A program made the translations under genes and the position numbers. Positions 24,201 to 40,479 of a stretch of 64,000 nucleotides of DNA are shown one piece after another. The notes beneath the pieces are model-generated. The model saw nothing but the letters and a program-made list of their open reading frames with translations, did not search any database and was not told the DNA's origin. Numbering within the stretch: the stretch's first letter is position 1; each line of letters opens with the position of its first letter. Source of the DNA: Fonticula alba ATCC 38817 (lineage: Eukaryota; Protista; Nucleariida); assembly GCA_000388065.2 (NCBI GenBank), contig KB932209.1; one strand, 5' to 3'.

Positions 24201-27063
24201 CGGCCGGCGAGGCATTGATCAGCCCCGCATGGACCTTTTGGTTGAGGACCAGGGTGCGCAGGGCGCGCTTGCCCCGGCGCAGGAGCACGCGCAAGGCCTC
24301 GCGCGTTTGCAGCACCAGCACCATGTCAACCAGCGAGAAGAACGACCGGTGATGGAGCTGGCCGGGGGTTCCGCGCGGCAGCCGGGAAAGGGCGGGGGGG
24401 GGGGCGCAGAGGAGTATGTCAGCACGGGCATCGGCCAGGGGACAGGGCAGAGGCGACATGCGATCGGGCAACCGGGCGGCCGGCCCGAAGCCCCAGCATA
24501 TCAGGACGCACGATGGTCAGCACATTGTGGAAGACAATCAGGGTCAGGGTCGAGGCGTCCATGAGGCTGTGAATCCAGGCCGTCAGGACCGATGGCTGCC
24601 CGGAGAAGAAGGCGGCCAACTGTCGCACGCGGAGGGCCGGCCCCGTGGGCGGGAAGGCTTCGGCCCCGGTGGCCGAGCCGCCGCCCACATTCGGGCTATG
24701 CCCGGTCAGGACATACACCATGTCCGCCAGCAGCCGGCCGAGGGTCTCCTCATCGGCCTCCGGCCCGGTGAGCGGCGTGCCAGTCGGGCCGGCGGGGGAG
24801 GAAGTGCCCGCGGCCGTCATCGCCGCGGCCGCCGCCGTGGCGATGGCCTCCGGAGTGGCACCAGGAGCAGCAGCGGCAGCAGCCACGGCCGCCTCCTGGA
24901 GCAGGGCCCCGGCGGTCGGCTGGCCAGGGCGATTCAGCGACCCGAGCGGGGTCATCAGCAGCAGCGTGCCGATGTACACCGCCTCCAGGGCCAGCATGAT
25001 CGGCTGCGTGCGCCCGGGTCGAAGAGGGGGAGGGGGAGGGGGCAGGGGCAGGGGCAGGGGAGGAAACACCCAAAGGGGAGTGGCCAAGGCGGGGGCCAGG
25101 CGAGGAGGAGGCGTCAGCGACAGGTAAGATGGCCGCAGCAGCAACGGCAGCAATGACCGAAAGGGAGGGGCACAGGCAAAAGAGGCTCCCCGGCGAGCAA
25201 AGCGGAGAGAAGGAGGCCCGACAGGGGGGCAAGGAGGGAAGGCGGCCCCACCGGCCCTTTCCACAAAGGCGGCCATACCTCATATAGCACAAGAAACAGC
25301 GACCCGAAGGTGAAGCCATAGTTGGCCGGGGCAATGCTGACGAGGCCGAGGGCCGCGTGCATGGCCTTGCCGGCGAAGAGCAAGGCACACACGCACAAGA
25401 GCCCGGTGTACCGGCGCTGGCTGGCCACCTGGCGCATGACATGCTCATAATTGCGGATGATGGCCACGGCGGTCGGCTCGTCCGGGGCGGTGCCCAGGGC
25501 CAGGTCGGTCGGGGCCCCGATGCCGGGGCCATTGGCCGGCGGGAAGAACTCCACAATCTCGTGGGTCTGCACGCGGAAGGACTCCGGGCTGAAGATGTGG
25601 GCCACCGAGCGGGCCGTGGTGCCGACATTGGTGCGGAAGGCCCGGTGCAGGGCCCCATTCCGGAGGACCGAGCAAATTTGGATCCGATGACGCCCGGCCG
25701 CCAGGACGATGCGCCAAATGGCGATGCTGGTAACCCACACCCACCAGACCAGCAGCTCGCCAAAGGGCCCGGCCGCGCTGTGGCTGCTGTCATGGTTGAT
25801 GGCGGCAATGGCAAACAGGGCCTTGGTGGTGCTGATTTCCACGATGAGGCTGGAGAGGGTCAGGAATTCGGCCGTCCGGAGCCGATGGCCGCCGAGGGAA
25901 TTCGGCAGCAGGGTCGTCTGGGCGATGTTCAGCTGCACGGTCAGCTGGGTGTTGGCCAGGTAGTGGCCAATCCGGCGGAGGAGCCCGGCCGTGGGGCTGG
26001 CGGCCGGCACGCCGGACCCCTGGGCCTCGGCATGGGCCCCGGCCCCAGGGGAGGTGGCCCCTCCGCCGACAGCCGGCGTGGACACCGGCGCATCGGCCAC
26101 CTCCGGGTCGGCCGCGGCCCCGACATCGGAGTTCAAGTACAGCCGGACGGGCAGCGGCTCGGCGCGCGGGGCAACGGCCATGGCACGCGCCCGGGGCCCA
26201 AGCAGGCGCAACTCGGCTGACACCTCCGGCAGGTTGATGTAGAAAAAGTGCACCAGGAAGCGCGCGGCAAATTGCGCCAGCACCAGGGACACCGTGACGA
26301 AGGTCAGCACGAGGAAGCTCTTTTGGGTTTGCGACGAGGCGGCCAGGCCGTCCAGCCACTCGGACATGGTCACCCGAGCAGCCAGCGGGCTGGCACTGGC
26401 CGCGGCCCCGGGGAGCAGGGCCGCGGCCGAGGACCGCGCCGCCGAGAAGGCCAGCACCCCCGGGCCGGGGGTCCCGGCCACCGAGGCGGCCGTGGCCCCG
26501 GCCAGGGCCCCGGTCGAGTGGGCCAGGGCCGCCGCCGCGCCGACCGTCGGCGGGAAGGTCATCGGCGCGAACAGCTGTGCCAGGGCCTGGGTGACATTGA
26601 GCGAGGGGGAGCACACGCCCCAGGAGGCCAGCGGCGGAAGCGGCGCCGGAGGATAGACCATGGCACCGGCGGTGGCCGCCCGCAGGACCGATGCCGCTTT
26701 TTGCAGGACTCCGCGTGCCGGGCCGGCCATGGTGGCCGGCGCAATCGGCACCGGCGACAACCCCTCCAGCACGGTGGCCAGCAGGCTGGCGAAGACGGAC
26801 CGAACAAAGAGCCAGACAAAGTGCGGCACAGCCAGCGCCGCGCGCAGCCAGCCGCCCAGCCAGCCGCCCAGCAGCAGCAGGACCCCGGGCCCGGGGCCGA
26901 GGGCCTGGCGGAAGGCTCCGGCATCGACGCCGGCCGCCTCCAACAGGTCCACCGGCACGCCGGCCAGGTTGTCCAGGGCCGCCGGGCGGAAGGGCTCCCG
27001 AGCCGAGGCGTCCAGGAAGCTGGCGATGTTGGCCGAGCAGATGGCCCCGATGACGCGATCCAT
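21249..27063 (-). CDS. Hrd1/gp78-like multi-pass ERAD RING-H2 E3 ubiquitin ligase with a very long low-complexity C-terminal tail
   Basis: TM region (FLVHFFY..L...E, VWWVWVTSIAIWRIVL..RHRI, LALEAVYIG), then INASPAELAAFEDPCAICREE...PKRLLCGHIYH|YGCLRTWLFLHFNCPTCRQ (C3H2C3), completed by splicing at TA|GTGCGT near 23972. Extra 5' exons may lie in or beyond the gap 27088-27545. Confidence 0.8.
21645..21716 (-). repeat. (GTCGAG)n hexamer repeat encoding a Ser-Thr dipeptide run in the RING ligase tail
   Basis: About 12 GTCGAG/GTGGAG units; translates STSTSTST... in ORF 21249-24215. Confidence 0.85.
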
Positions 27064-27935
27064 GGCTAGGGGGGGGGGGGGGGGGGGNNNNNNNNNNNNN
27101 NNNNNNNNNNNNNNNNNNNNNNNNNNNNNNNNNNNNNNNNNNNNNNNNNNNNNNNNNNNNNNNNNNNNNNNNNNNNNNNNNNNNNNNNNNNNNNNNNNNN
27201 NNNNNNNNNNNNNNNNNNNNNNNNNNNNNNNNNNNNNNNNNNNNNNNNNNNNNNNNNNNNNNNNNNNNNNNNNNNNNNNNNNNNNNNNNNNNNNNNNNNN
27301 NNNNNNNNNNNNNNNNNNNNNNNNNNNNNNNNNNNNNNNNNNNNNNNNNNNNNNNNNNNNNNNNNNNNNNNNNNNNNNNNNNNNNNNNNNNNNNNNNNNN
27401 NNNNNNNNNNNNNNNNNNNNNNNNNNNNNNNNNNNNNNNNNNNNNNNNNNNNNNNNNNNNNNNNNNNNNNNNNNNNNNNNNNNNNNNNNNNNNNNNNNNN
27501 NNNNNNNNNNNNNNNNNNNNNNNNNNNNNNNNNNNNNNNNNNNNNGGGGGGGGGGTGCCAATGTGCGGGGCCCTGTAGCCGGGTGGGGCCGATCACCGGG
27601 AGTCCCCCGGGCCCCACCTTGGCAGGGCGGCTGCCAGGGGCCCGTCCCTGGCCAGGCGAACAGCTGCTCAGATCGAGTGGTCCCGCGCTCAGACCACACA
27701 AGAGGAGACAGGTGCACACACACACACACACAGGCAAGGGCACTTAGACCTCCGGGCAGTGGCCCCTTGGAACCGGCTGTTCGAAGGCCAGGGTGGCAGC
27801 TGCTCCCGACAGAGAGAGGGAGAGAGAGAGCTCAGGAGACCAGTTAAAGTCTAACACGCAGCCTCGACCAGATGCGATGCCACGGCGGAGGGGGCAATGA
27901 GCCGGGCGCTGCAGCTGCGTGCACAGCCGCAAAGC

Positions 27936-27979
<44 letters not shown>

Positions 27980-28610
27980 GCGAGATGAACAGGGAAGGCT
28001 GCCGCCCGAAGGCAGGGGAGGCCCGAGACAGCAGGGTTCAATCAAAATAACAGACCCAAAGTGGTCCCCCCTCCCGGCCCGGGGGAGGCCCGGGTGAAAC
28101 GGACCTCCGGGCGTCATCCCGCCAGGGACATCTCTCTCCCCTCGTCAAGGAGCGTGGGCTGGCGGGTGGGAGGCGGGCTGCGGCCCGGTTGAATGTTCCA
28201 CGCTGCCCGGCGCGCGCGCGCGCGCCTACCCACCCGAGGGGGGATCAGCAGTTCCCGGCAGGCCACCGCCAGGGAACGTGGTGAGCCGCGGCCGAGGCCG
28301 CTGCTCATCCTGGGGATGTGGTGCCAGTTGTTAATCCCCCCTGCCCCCTGGCCCAGGGAAGGGCCACCCCTCCGGTCCCTACTCCNNNNNNNNNNNNNNN
28401 NNNNNNNNNNNNNNNNNNNNNNNNNNNNNNNNNNNNNNNNNNNNNNNNNNNNNNNNNNNNNNNNNNNNNNNNNNNNNNNNNNNNNNNNNNNNNNNNNNNN
28501 NNNNNNNNNNNNNNNNNNNNNNNNNNNNNNNNNNNNNNNNNNNNNNNNNNNNNNNNNNNNNNNNNNNNNNNNNNNNNNNNNNNNNNNNNNNNNNNNNNNN
28601 NNNNNNNNNN

Positions 28611-28936
28611 NCGGCCATTTTCGTATTCACGGCGTGCCCCGCCAGGCTGACGCCCCCCCCCCCTCCCCCCGGCGACGACAAGAATGTGCGGGCCATCATT
28701 AAACGCTGGACATGTACGCGGGACAATGTGGGGGTGCGGTCCCGCGCGTACAGGGGCCATCGTTGGGGGTTGTCGTCCGGCCATCCCCCGCCCCCTCTTC
28801 GGCCTTCCGCCGTCCCGTCCCCCGCCCCCCCGTCCCCCCGCCCCCCCTCCCACATACGCGCACGTCCTCCCAGTCGCTGCTCTCCCGGCGGGAAGTCCCC
28901 GCGCAAGCAAAACGGCCCCGATCTCGGCCCAGGTGT
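28611..28936 (+). other. Possible 3' exons of a small unannotated plus-strand gene whose 5' part lies in the gap
   Basis: Plus-strand intron-like segments: GT..GCTGAC..C-run..AAG ending at 28682, and GTACGC..C-run..CCCAG ending at 28873. Protein identity not recognised. Confidence 0.3.
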
Positions 28937-29070
28937 GACACACCGAGTGCGCGGGCGCAGGCCCAACGGTCGCGCGGGACATGCGCCCCTCCGGCGGGAG
29001 TGTTGGGTCTGGTGCGTGGGTATATTCGTCAGGTGCCAATGAATGAGCCGCGGCTGCTCGAGGGCGCCCC

Positions 29071-29609
29071 TCAGTCGCGCAGGCTGAGGCTCATCATGAG
29101 GTAGCCGCTGTCCTGGAAGCCCAGGCGGTCGTAGACAAACCGGGCGTCATTCTGCTTCTCCACATACAGGCGAATCTCGGACACCCGGAGGCGCGTCTCG
29201 CCATCTTCGGCGCCGGGGGTGGTGTTCAGCGTGCGCGCCAGGCCGGTCAGGTGCTCGTAGAGGGAGGTGAAGATCTGGCGCGTGTGGAACCGGGCGAGCC
29301 GGGGCAAGTGCGCGCGCGCGCGCGTGTGTGTGTGTATGTGTGTGTATATGTGTGGTCGGGCAGGGGCGAAGTAGGGGGGAGAGTGAGAGAGGGGGATCAA
29401 CCGAGTGCTAAGTGGGCGGGTGGGAGTGCGTACCCGCTGGCCGCGGAACTGAGGCAGCACAAAAGTGCTCTGGATCCACCAGTACTCGGCTGGAAGGGTT
29501 TTGTGGAGGGGGGAGGGGGATGGGAGAGGGGGGGAGGGGGGCGGAGCGTATGCAGACGGAGGAGCATGGGTCAGGGTCCTACAGCCAGTGGCCGGGTTAA
29601 GATACGCGG

Positions 29610-29641
<32 letters not shown>

Positions 29642-30121
29642 ATATGGGCACCGAGGGGGAGAGGGCTGACACACCGTTCCACCAGTCGCTCCACTCCGTG
29701 GTGATGAGCAGGCAGCCGGCCAGGGCCAGGCCGTTGCTGGTCTCCGGCGAGGTGCCATCAGTCTTGCCCTCGTCGGAGTGCAGCTCGGCCACCAGATAGA
29801 AGCCCTGTGTGCGGGGGGGGGGGGTGAGTGTTGGTCTGGAGGCCGGCAAGGGAGGAGCGACGGGCATGGGAGGCGTACACGGGCGGAGTTTTCAAAGACC
29901 GCGGCCACGCCCTTGGTGACGTTGTCCAGAGGGAGATCAAGGTTCTGCATTGGGGCCGGAGAATGCAAGGAGCAGGGAGCCGGAGGAGAAGGAGGACAAG
30001 ATCACAACACAACAGCGTCAGAGGGGATGGCGGCCCTGGCGAGGAAGCAGCGAAAAAGCCCGTTGTACCTCAGATTCGACAGCCAGTTGGCCTACAAGGG
30101 GACGAGGAGCATTGGGGGGGG
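29071..30121 (-). CDS. GNAT-family N-acetyltransferase, bacterial-like subfamily; 5' end in gap 30122-30387
   Basis: Spliced: LAVESE|NLDLPLDNVTKGVAAVFENSAR|GFYLVAE...LLITTEWSDWWNG|..WWIQSTFVLPQFRGQ|IFTSLYEHL...IRLYVEKQND.ARFVYDRLGF. This has GNAT motif A (V.P..R.Q) and motif B (N..A..Y..LGF). Confidence 0.85.
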
Positions 30122-30788
30122 NNNNNNNNNNNNNNNNNNNNNNNNNNNNNNNNNNNNNNNNNNNNNNNNNNNNNNNNNNNNNNNNNNNNNNNNNNNNNNN
30201 NNNNNNNNNNNNNNNNNNNNNNNNNNNNNNNNNNNNNNNNNNNNNNNNNNNNNNNNNNNNNNNNNNNNNNNNNNNNNNNNNNNNNNNNNNNNNNNNNNNN
30301 NNNNNNNNNNNNNNNNNNNNNNNNNNNNNNNNNNNNNNNNNNNNNNNNNNNNNNNNNNNNNNNNNNNNNNNNNNNNNNNNNNNNNNCCTCCGTGCCCCGG
30401 CCGATCGGGCGCACATGTGCGCGGGCGCGAACAATTCAAACAGACTTTAATAATTGGTGTATATTCCCGCGGAGCACCCGATTTTACGCAAGTCGGTCGT
30501 CCGGCGAAGACCGCAGGGCGCAGGGCGGTTGGTTAACACCCCCCACCGCAACGCTGGCACCCACCGCCGGTCGAGGGATACTCACCGCCGGACAGGACCG
30601 GAGCAAGGCATGATCGTGGGTCAGGTCCGGAGGCCCAGTTGTTCAGCCGCCGGGTCGCGTCCGCCCGGAAGGCGGGCAGGCTAGCCAGCTCCTTGAACAT
30701 TTCTTTTTTGCGGCTTCTTTCCCTCCACCTTCGCCCCCACTCGGCCGTCGCCTTCGCTTCTTCGTCTTGGTTCGTCTCCCATCGCAGC

Positions 30789-35207
<4,419 letters not shown>

Positions 35208-35446
35208 TTCCGGCAGAGGGGTCTGCTGCTTTGTTCCCCAGGCCAAAAAGCGAGGGCGAGAGCGAACCGGACAAAATGCCTCCGGGCCGGGAGAAATAGA
35301 GCACCACATGCCTTGCCCCAGTTCTCCGCTGCCAACTGCGTTGGTCCCCCCCCCCCCCCCCCCCCCCGCTCACGCTTGTTTTTGGATCCCCCGAAGAAGG
35401 GCAAAGTGGCACAAAGGAGGGCCAATCAGCGGGCAAGGTCCATTGT

Positions 35447-37354
35447 TCAGGCTGATCCGGAGGCCGAGGCGTCCTGCGCCGCGCCCTCGCCGGGGGGGGC
35501 CTTGCGTTTCTTGTCCGGGAGAAGCCCCTTGCGGCGCTTGACCGGCAGGGCGCCGGCCCCGGGAGCCACCGCCACCGGGGCCCCGGTAGCCACCGCTGTC
35601 GCCGGGGGGGCGGCCGGGCTGCCGGCGGCTGCCGGGTCGACCTTGCGCTTTTTGTGGCTGGTGCTCGACGGTCCGGCTCGAGCCCCGGCCGTGGGATCGC
35701 GCATGGCCGCCGCCGCCTTGACCGATGCCGGAGGGCTGGGCACAGCGGCGCCGGAGGCTCGCGGGGCGGCACCACCTCCGGAGGCGATCTTGACGCCCGA
35801 GGCGGCCTTCGTCCCGGCGACCGGGTGCACCCCGCCGGACTTCTTGATGGTCACCAGCGGCACGCGGTGGCCACCAGTCCCGGCTGCCGAAGCACCAGCC
35901 GACGCCGGGGGCTGCTGTTGGGTGGCGCCGCCGGTGCCGGTCGACCCGGTGGCCAGCTGCTGGGCCTGAGTGGCCGCCGGGTCGCCGACACGCGAGTGGT
36001 GGGCGCCGGGACCGGCGGCCGGCCGACCGCGCCCGGTAAACCCAATGTGCGGGTCATTGTTGATGTGAGGGTTGTTGCCACCCTGCCGGGGGATATTGGT
36101 CACATTGATGGCCGGCGAAGCGGACCGGCCACGGGAGGAAATGTCTGCCACCGGTGGGGAGGAAAAAATGCATGGTGAGGCCCGGAGAGAGAGAGAGAGA
36201 GAGAGGGAGGGAGAGATGGAGAGATGGAGAGAGGGAGCAGCACGAGGCAACACAGAAGCCAGCGCCATCGAGAGGAGGGCCGGAAGACGTCGGCGCATGC
36301 ACGCACCCTCATCCAGATCGTCGGAGAAGTCCTGCAATTCATCGTCCGGGAAGCCGACACTCTGGGGGACAGCGCGGAGGGCAGAGGCAGGGAGGGAGCG
36401 AGGATGCGCGTGAGTCGGCAACTTGGCCAGGCCAACGGGTGCGCAAGGCACTGCGGGAACATACCGCCCTGTAGGAGGCAGATGACCGCGAGAAGAGGCG
36501 ATCCTGGTCATTGCCCGGGCTGAGCAGCACCGCTGAGGAGAAATTGGCCGGCGCCCCATTGAGGGCCGTCAACGAGGCGGAGCTTGAGCTGGATACCGCG
36601 GTCACGGGGGTGGCCGTGCCGGATGTGGCCGAGGCGGCGGCGGTGGCGGCGGCGGCGGCGGCGGCGGCAGCGGCCGCCGCACGGCGGGTCCGCTCCGTCC
36701 CCACCGAGGGCAGGGCCGGTCCACCACCCGGAGCACTGGAGCCGGCAGCCGACCCGCCCGGCCCGCCGAAGCCCGTGATGCCGGCGATCGAGTCGAAGCC
36801 CTTCAGCAAGTTCCCCGCGGACGAGGCGCCGGCCGTTTCGATGAAGGTGGACTCCTGCATGAAGATCAGGCGCTCGGCGCTGACCAATTCCCGCTGCGAG
36901 GCGGCAAGGCGCTTGGACATGTCGGCCAAATCGTCCAACAGGACTGACAGGCTCTGGGCCTGCATGTCCATCGGCGGCCGGGGGGCGGAGGTCAGAGGCG
37001 CGCCCGCGGTCGTCTTGGGCCCGATGGGGAAATAGGAGCCATGTGCGTGTCTCCGTGGGAGATGCCGAGAAGAGCAAGAAGGACGCGGCAACCGAGCGAC
37101 GGGGAGGGGAAAAGGGAAGAGGGAAAAAGACGCACGTCAGCCTCATCGATGCCTGCGTTGATGCTGCTCTTGCGCAGGGTGGCCGCCGCATGTGACAGGC
37201 GCTCGCGGACGACCGCCACATTTGTCGTGGCCCCGGTCACAGCTGATGCCTGCTGGCCTCCGGTAGACGCGCCGGCAGATGTGCCAGCCCCGGAGGACGG
37301 GGCTGCCGAAGTCGCGGCCCCCTGGTGCTGGGCGGAGGACCCGCTGGCGGACAT
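35447..37354 (-). CDS. EAF6: Eaf6/MEAF6 subunit of NuA4/MYST acetyltransferase complexes, with Ala/Gly-rich inserts and a basic NLS-like tail
   Basis: LVSAERLIFMQESTFIETAG..GNLLKGFD and QDRLFSRSSASY match the Eaf6 consensus (LE.QIY..E..YL....GNI.KGFD; DRLFS.SS). KKRKV and KRRK..KKRK motifs lie in the last exon. Confidence 0.8.
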
Positions 37355-37872
37355 GCCTGGGGTGACACCCGGGTGATCTTCCTCCCCAGTAGAGTCAGAG
37401 GGGGGGGGGGAGGGGGGGGGGCGAGAGGAGGGAGGGCGGCGGAGGGGAGGACACAGAGAGGAGGAGGGGGAGGAGGCAAGGGGGGCGGAGGAGGAGAGAC
37501 GAGGAGGAGGAGGGGCAGGATGTGCCGGGCGCTTGGAGTGGTCAAGCTAGCCGTGGCGGCCGATCAGCCCGGCGGCATGTCCCCACCAGCGGCCGAAGGG
37601 CGCGGCGCGGCCGGTGTGGTGGAACAAACGACGGACGCGGCGTCGGGCCCGGCTGCCAACGCAGTGCCTGCCGCCGGCCCCCTCCCGCTATTCATAACAT
37701 TCGGCCCAGCGTCGGGGCGGGCAGATCGCCCGGGCCAGAGAGACAGAACCCCTCCCCCTCCCCCCCCCCCCCCGCACCGCCCCCCCTACGCACACGCACA
37801 CGCACACGCACACGCACACACACACACACATACACTCGCAGCTCCTCCTCGCCCCTCCCTGCCATTAGCGTC

Positions 37873-38926
37873 ATGATCCGCTACGTGCTGGTGGTCAATC
37901 GCACCGGGCAGACGCGCCTTTCGCGCTATTGCTCCGGCGCATCGATGGTCCGCCCTGCTGCCCCGCCAATCTGCCGCGCCATCCCCCCTGCCGATTCTTG
38001 CCGCTGACCCCCCGGAACAATGTAGTCCCCGGAGTCGCGCGCCCTCTTTGAGGCCACTCTCGCGCGACTGTGCCTTGGCCGATCCCAGAGCCAGTGCTCC
38101 TTCTTTGAGCACGGCGAGCACCAGGTTGTTTATCGCCGCTATGCGTCGCTTTTCTTCATCATCGGGACAGACCGTGACGATGTGCGCTGTGTTTGGTCTG
38201 GGCTCTTGCCTTTTTTTTTTTCTTCTCCCTGCCCACACCCGATCCCGGCCATCGAGTCTTCCTGTCGCCCCACCGGTGCCTAACACGCCTCCCGGCCACC
38301 CTCAACGTGCATTCCTTCTTCCCTTTTCCCCCCCGCCTCCCCCCGTCCTGTCTCCTTCACTCTGGGTGTCATGCTTCTGGCCCTCGCCGGCTCACCTCGC
38401 TCGCCAGAATGCCCTCGCCATCCTGGAGCTGATCCATCAGTTTGTCATTTCCCTGGACTCCTTCTTCGGCAACGTCGTGCGTCCTCCCCCCCCCCCCGCC
38501 CCGGGCGATGGATCTTGCGCACTTTCCCTTTGCCTGTGCGGCCTGTGCTCACGCACCATCCTTCCTCCACCCTGTATCCCTTTCCTCTTCCGTCTCTCTC
38601 TCTCTCTGTCTCCCTCGCATCGCCTTATGCGCGCCTCCTCCCTCCCACCCAGTCCGAGCTCGATGTACGTCCACATGTCGCCTCTGGGTACGTGTCCTTT
38701 GCCCCACTCACCCCCTGCCCTTGGCCCCTGGCTCTTTTGCTTCCCCCCCCCATCGCAGCTGATGTACCGCATGGATATGGTGTACTCGCTGCTGGATGAG
38801 ATTGTCACCGCGGATGGGTCGATTGCTGAGACCTCCCCAGCTGCCATCGCCGCGCCCCTGAGTCTGGCTCTCGGCGGAAAGGCTGGTCTCTCGGTGACGG
38901 ACCTACTTGACCCGGCCTTCCATTGA
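37873..38926 (+). CDS. AP4S1: Adaptor protein complex AP-4 sigma subunit; 5 exons including a 12-nt micro-exon
   Basis: MIRYVLVVNRTGQTRLSRY, LCLGRSQSQCSFFEH...VVYRRYASLFFIIG, NALAILELIHQFVISLDSFFGNV|SELD|LMYRMD..YSLLDEI..GSIAET..AIAAPL. GQTRLS and SELD are typical of AP-4 sigma. Confidence 0.88.
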
Positions 38927-39056
38927 GCATGGCCCAGGGGTCGCTCCTCGTCGATTGTCCCTCCCTCCGGCCCCCCGGTCTCCGGCCCCCTCCTGGCCGC
39001 CGGGGGCTGGTTCCAAAAATACTGAGGCACATGTCTCCCCTCTCCGATGCGTTTCA

Positions 39057-40479
39057 TCAAGTGTGCGCCAGTGTCCAGGTTCTGGGTGTATTTCCATGTT
39101 TTGGGGCTTTCAAACCGGCCAGCCGGCGGTTGCCGACAGAAGCACATCCTTCGGACGGTCTAGGCCAATGTGTCGCTCGCATGCTGGAGGGCTGTTCGGA
39201 GCTCTGAGTCACGAATGCACGATGGTCAACATTGGAGCCCCGGCAAGGGGGGGGGGGGGGTCGCCCTCTCCCGCGGCAGGTAAAGGGGGGGCGAGAGTGG
39301 GAGCAAGGGGGGCAGGACGGGAGGGGAGGGAGTGGCACACGCACCGTCGACCAGGACTCGTGGCAGGGGGAGCCATGGCGCCACACCGAGGCCCCCATCG
39401 TCCGGGGCCTTCGGGTGCAGCAGGCGCGGGTCCAGGGCCGCTGCCTCGGCGCTGGCGGTCCCCCCATCGGGGGACAGATCATTGCCATCTTCCACCGCCG
39501 GCAGGGGTGCCCAGTCGAAGGAGGCCACGGCCGAGGGCTGGGCACCGGCTCGTTGCGCCAGGGCCCCCACCCGTTGGGGGATGGTGTCCAGGAAGCCCCG
39601 GCGCTGGGGGATCAGGGCAAACAGCACGGCAGCCGCACGCTCCAGCGATGCCAGCACCGGGCTCAGGGTGCTGCTCCGGAAGGCGCGGACCTCGGGATCG
39701 GCGTCCGCCCGGAGGGTCACATCCAGGGCATGGTGCTGGCACGCGCTGAGGGACAAGCGCAAGCTCCGCTGGATGGCCATCATCTCGGAGCTGTTAAGGT
39801 GGATCAGTCAGGGGTGGTCGCACGGAGGCCCGAGGGGCTACCCTTGTCGGGCAGAGCGGGGCAGAAGGGAGAGAAGGGACAAGGAGGAAGGGCAGGCGCG
39901 GAAGGACGAGGAGCGACGGACAGGGTGTTGCGGAGGCCGATCAGGAGCCGACTCAGGCGGCCGGTTTTGTAGACCAGCAGCTCCGAGGCGATGGCTGGCA
40001 GGGCGCGAGCGGGGTGGTGAGCAGACGGCCGTGATGGAGGCAGACGGAGGATGCGAGGGGGGGGGGAGGGGGAGCGCCCACGGCGAGGGAGTGGAAGGGT
40101 GGAAGGGAAGGCGAAGGCAGGGACACACACACACCGTCTGAGTAAAGGGGGCTGATGTCCGGCTGGGCAAGACTCACCGCGCCGGAGGCGGCGGTTGCCG
40201 TGCCGTACCACAGGGCCGTGTTGGCCAGCTGGTAGCCGATGGTGATCTGGCACGGGGAATCCCGGCACACATGCGTCAGACACGGGGGAGATCTTGCGGC
40301 GGGCGCGCAAGCCAGCAGGCAGGAGGGATCTTGCGCACCAGGGACTCAACGCGGGGACGGACATCGGCGCCGTTGTCCAGCGCCAGCCATCGATCCAGGG
40401 CGGCCAGCGCCGAGGCCGCCTGCTGCAGGAAGAGCGCCTCGGCCGGGAGGCCGAGTGCGGGGCCTGTCCCATCGGCCAT
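39057..40479 (-). CDS. Hypothetical alpha-helical protein, about 4 exons; weak resemblance to C1orf109/AIRIM; 3' end uncertain
   Basis: In-phase GT-AG joins give MADGTG...VRPRVESL|ITIGYQLAN...PLYSD|AIASELLVYKTGRLSRLLIGLRNTL|SEMMAIQRSL...SPVLASLERAAAVLFALIPQRRGFLDTI. Coding-like GC3 and C-rich introns on this strand. Confidence 0.6.
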
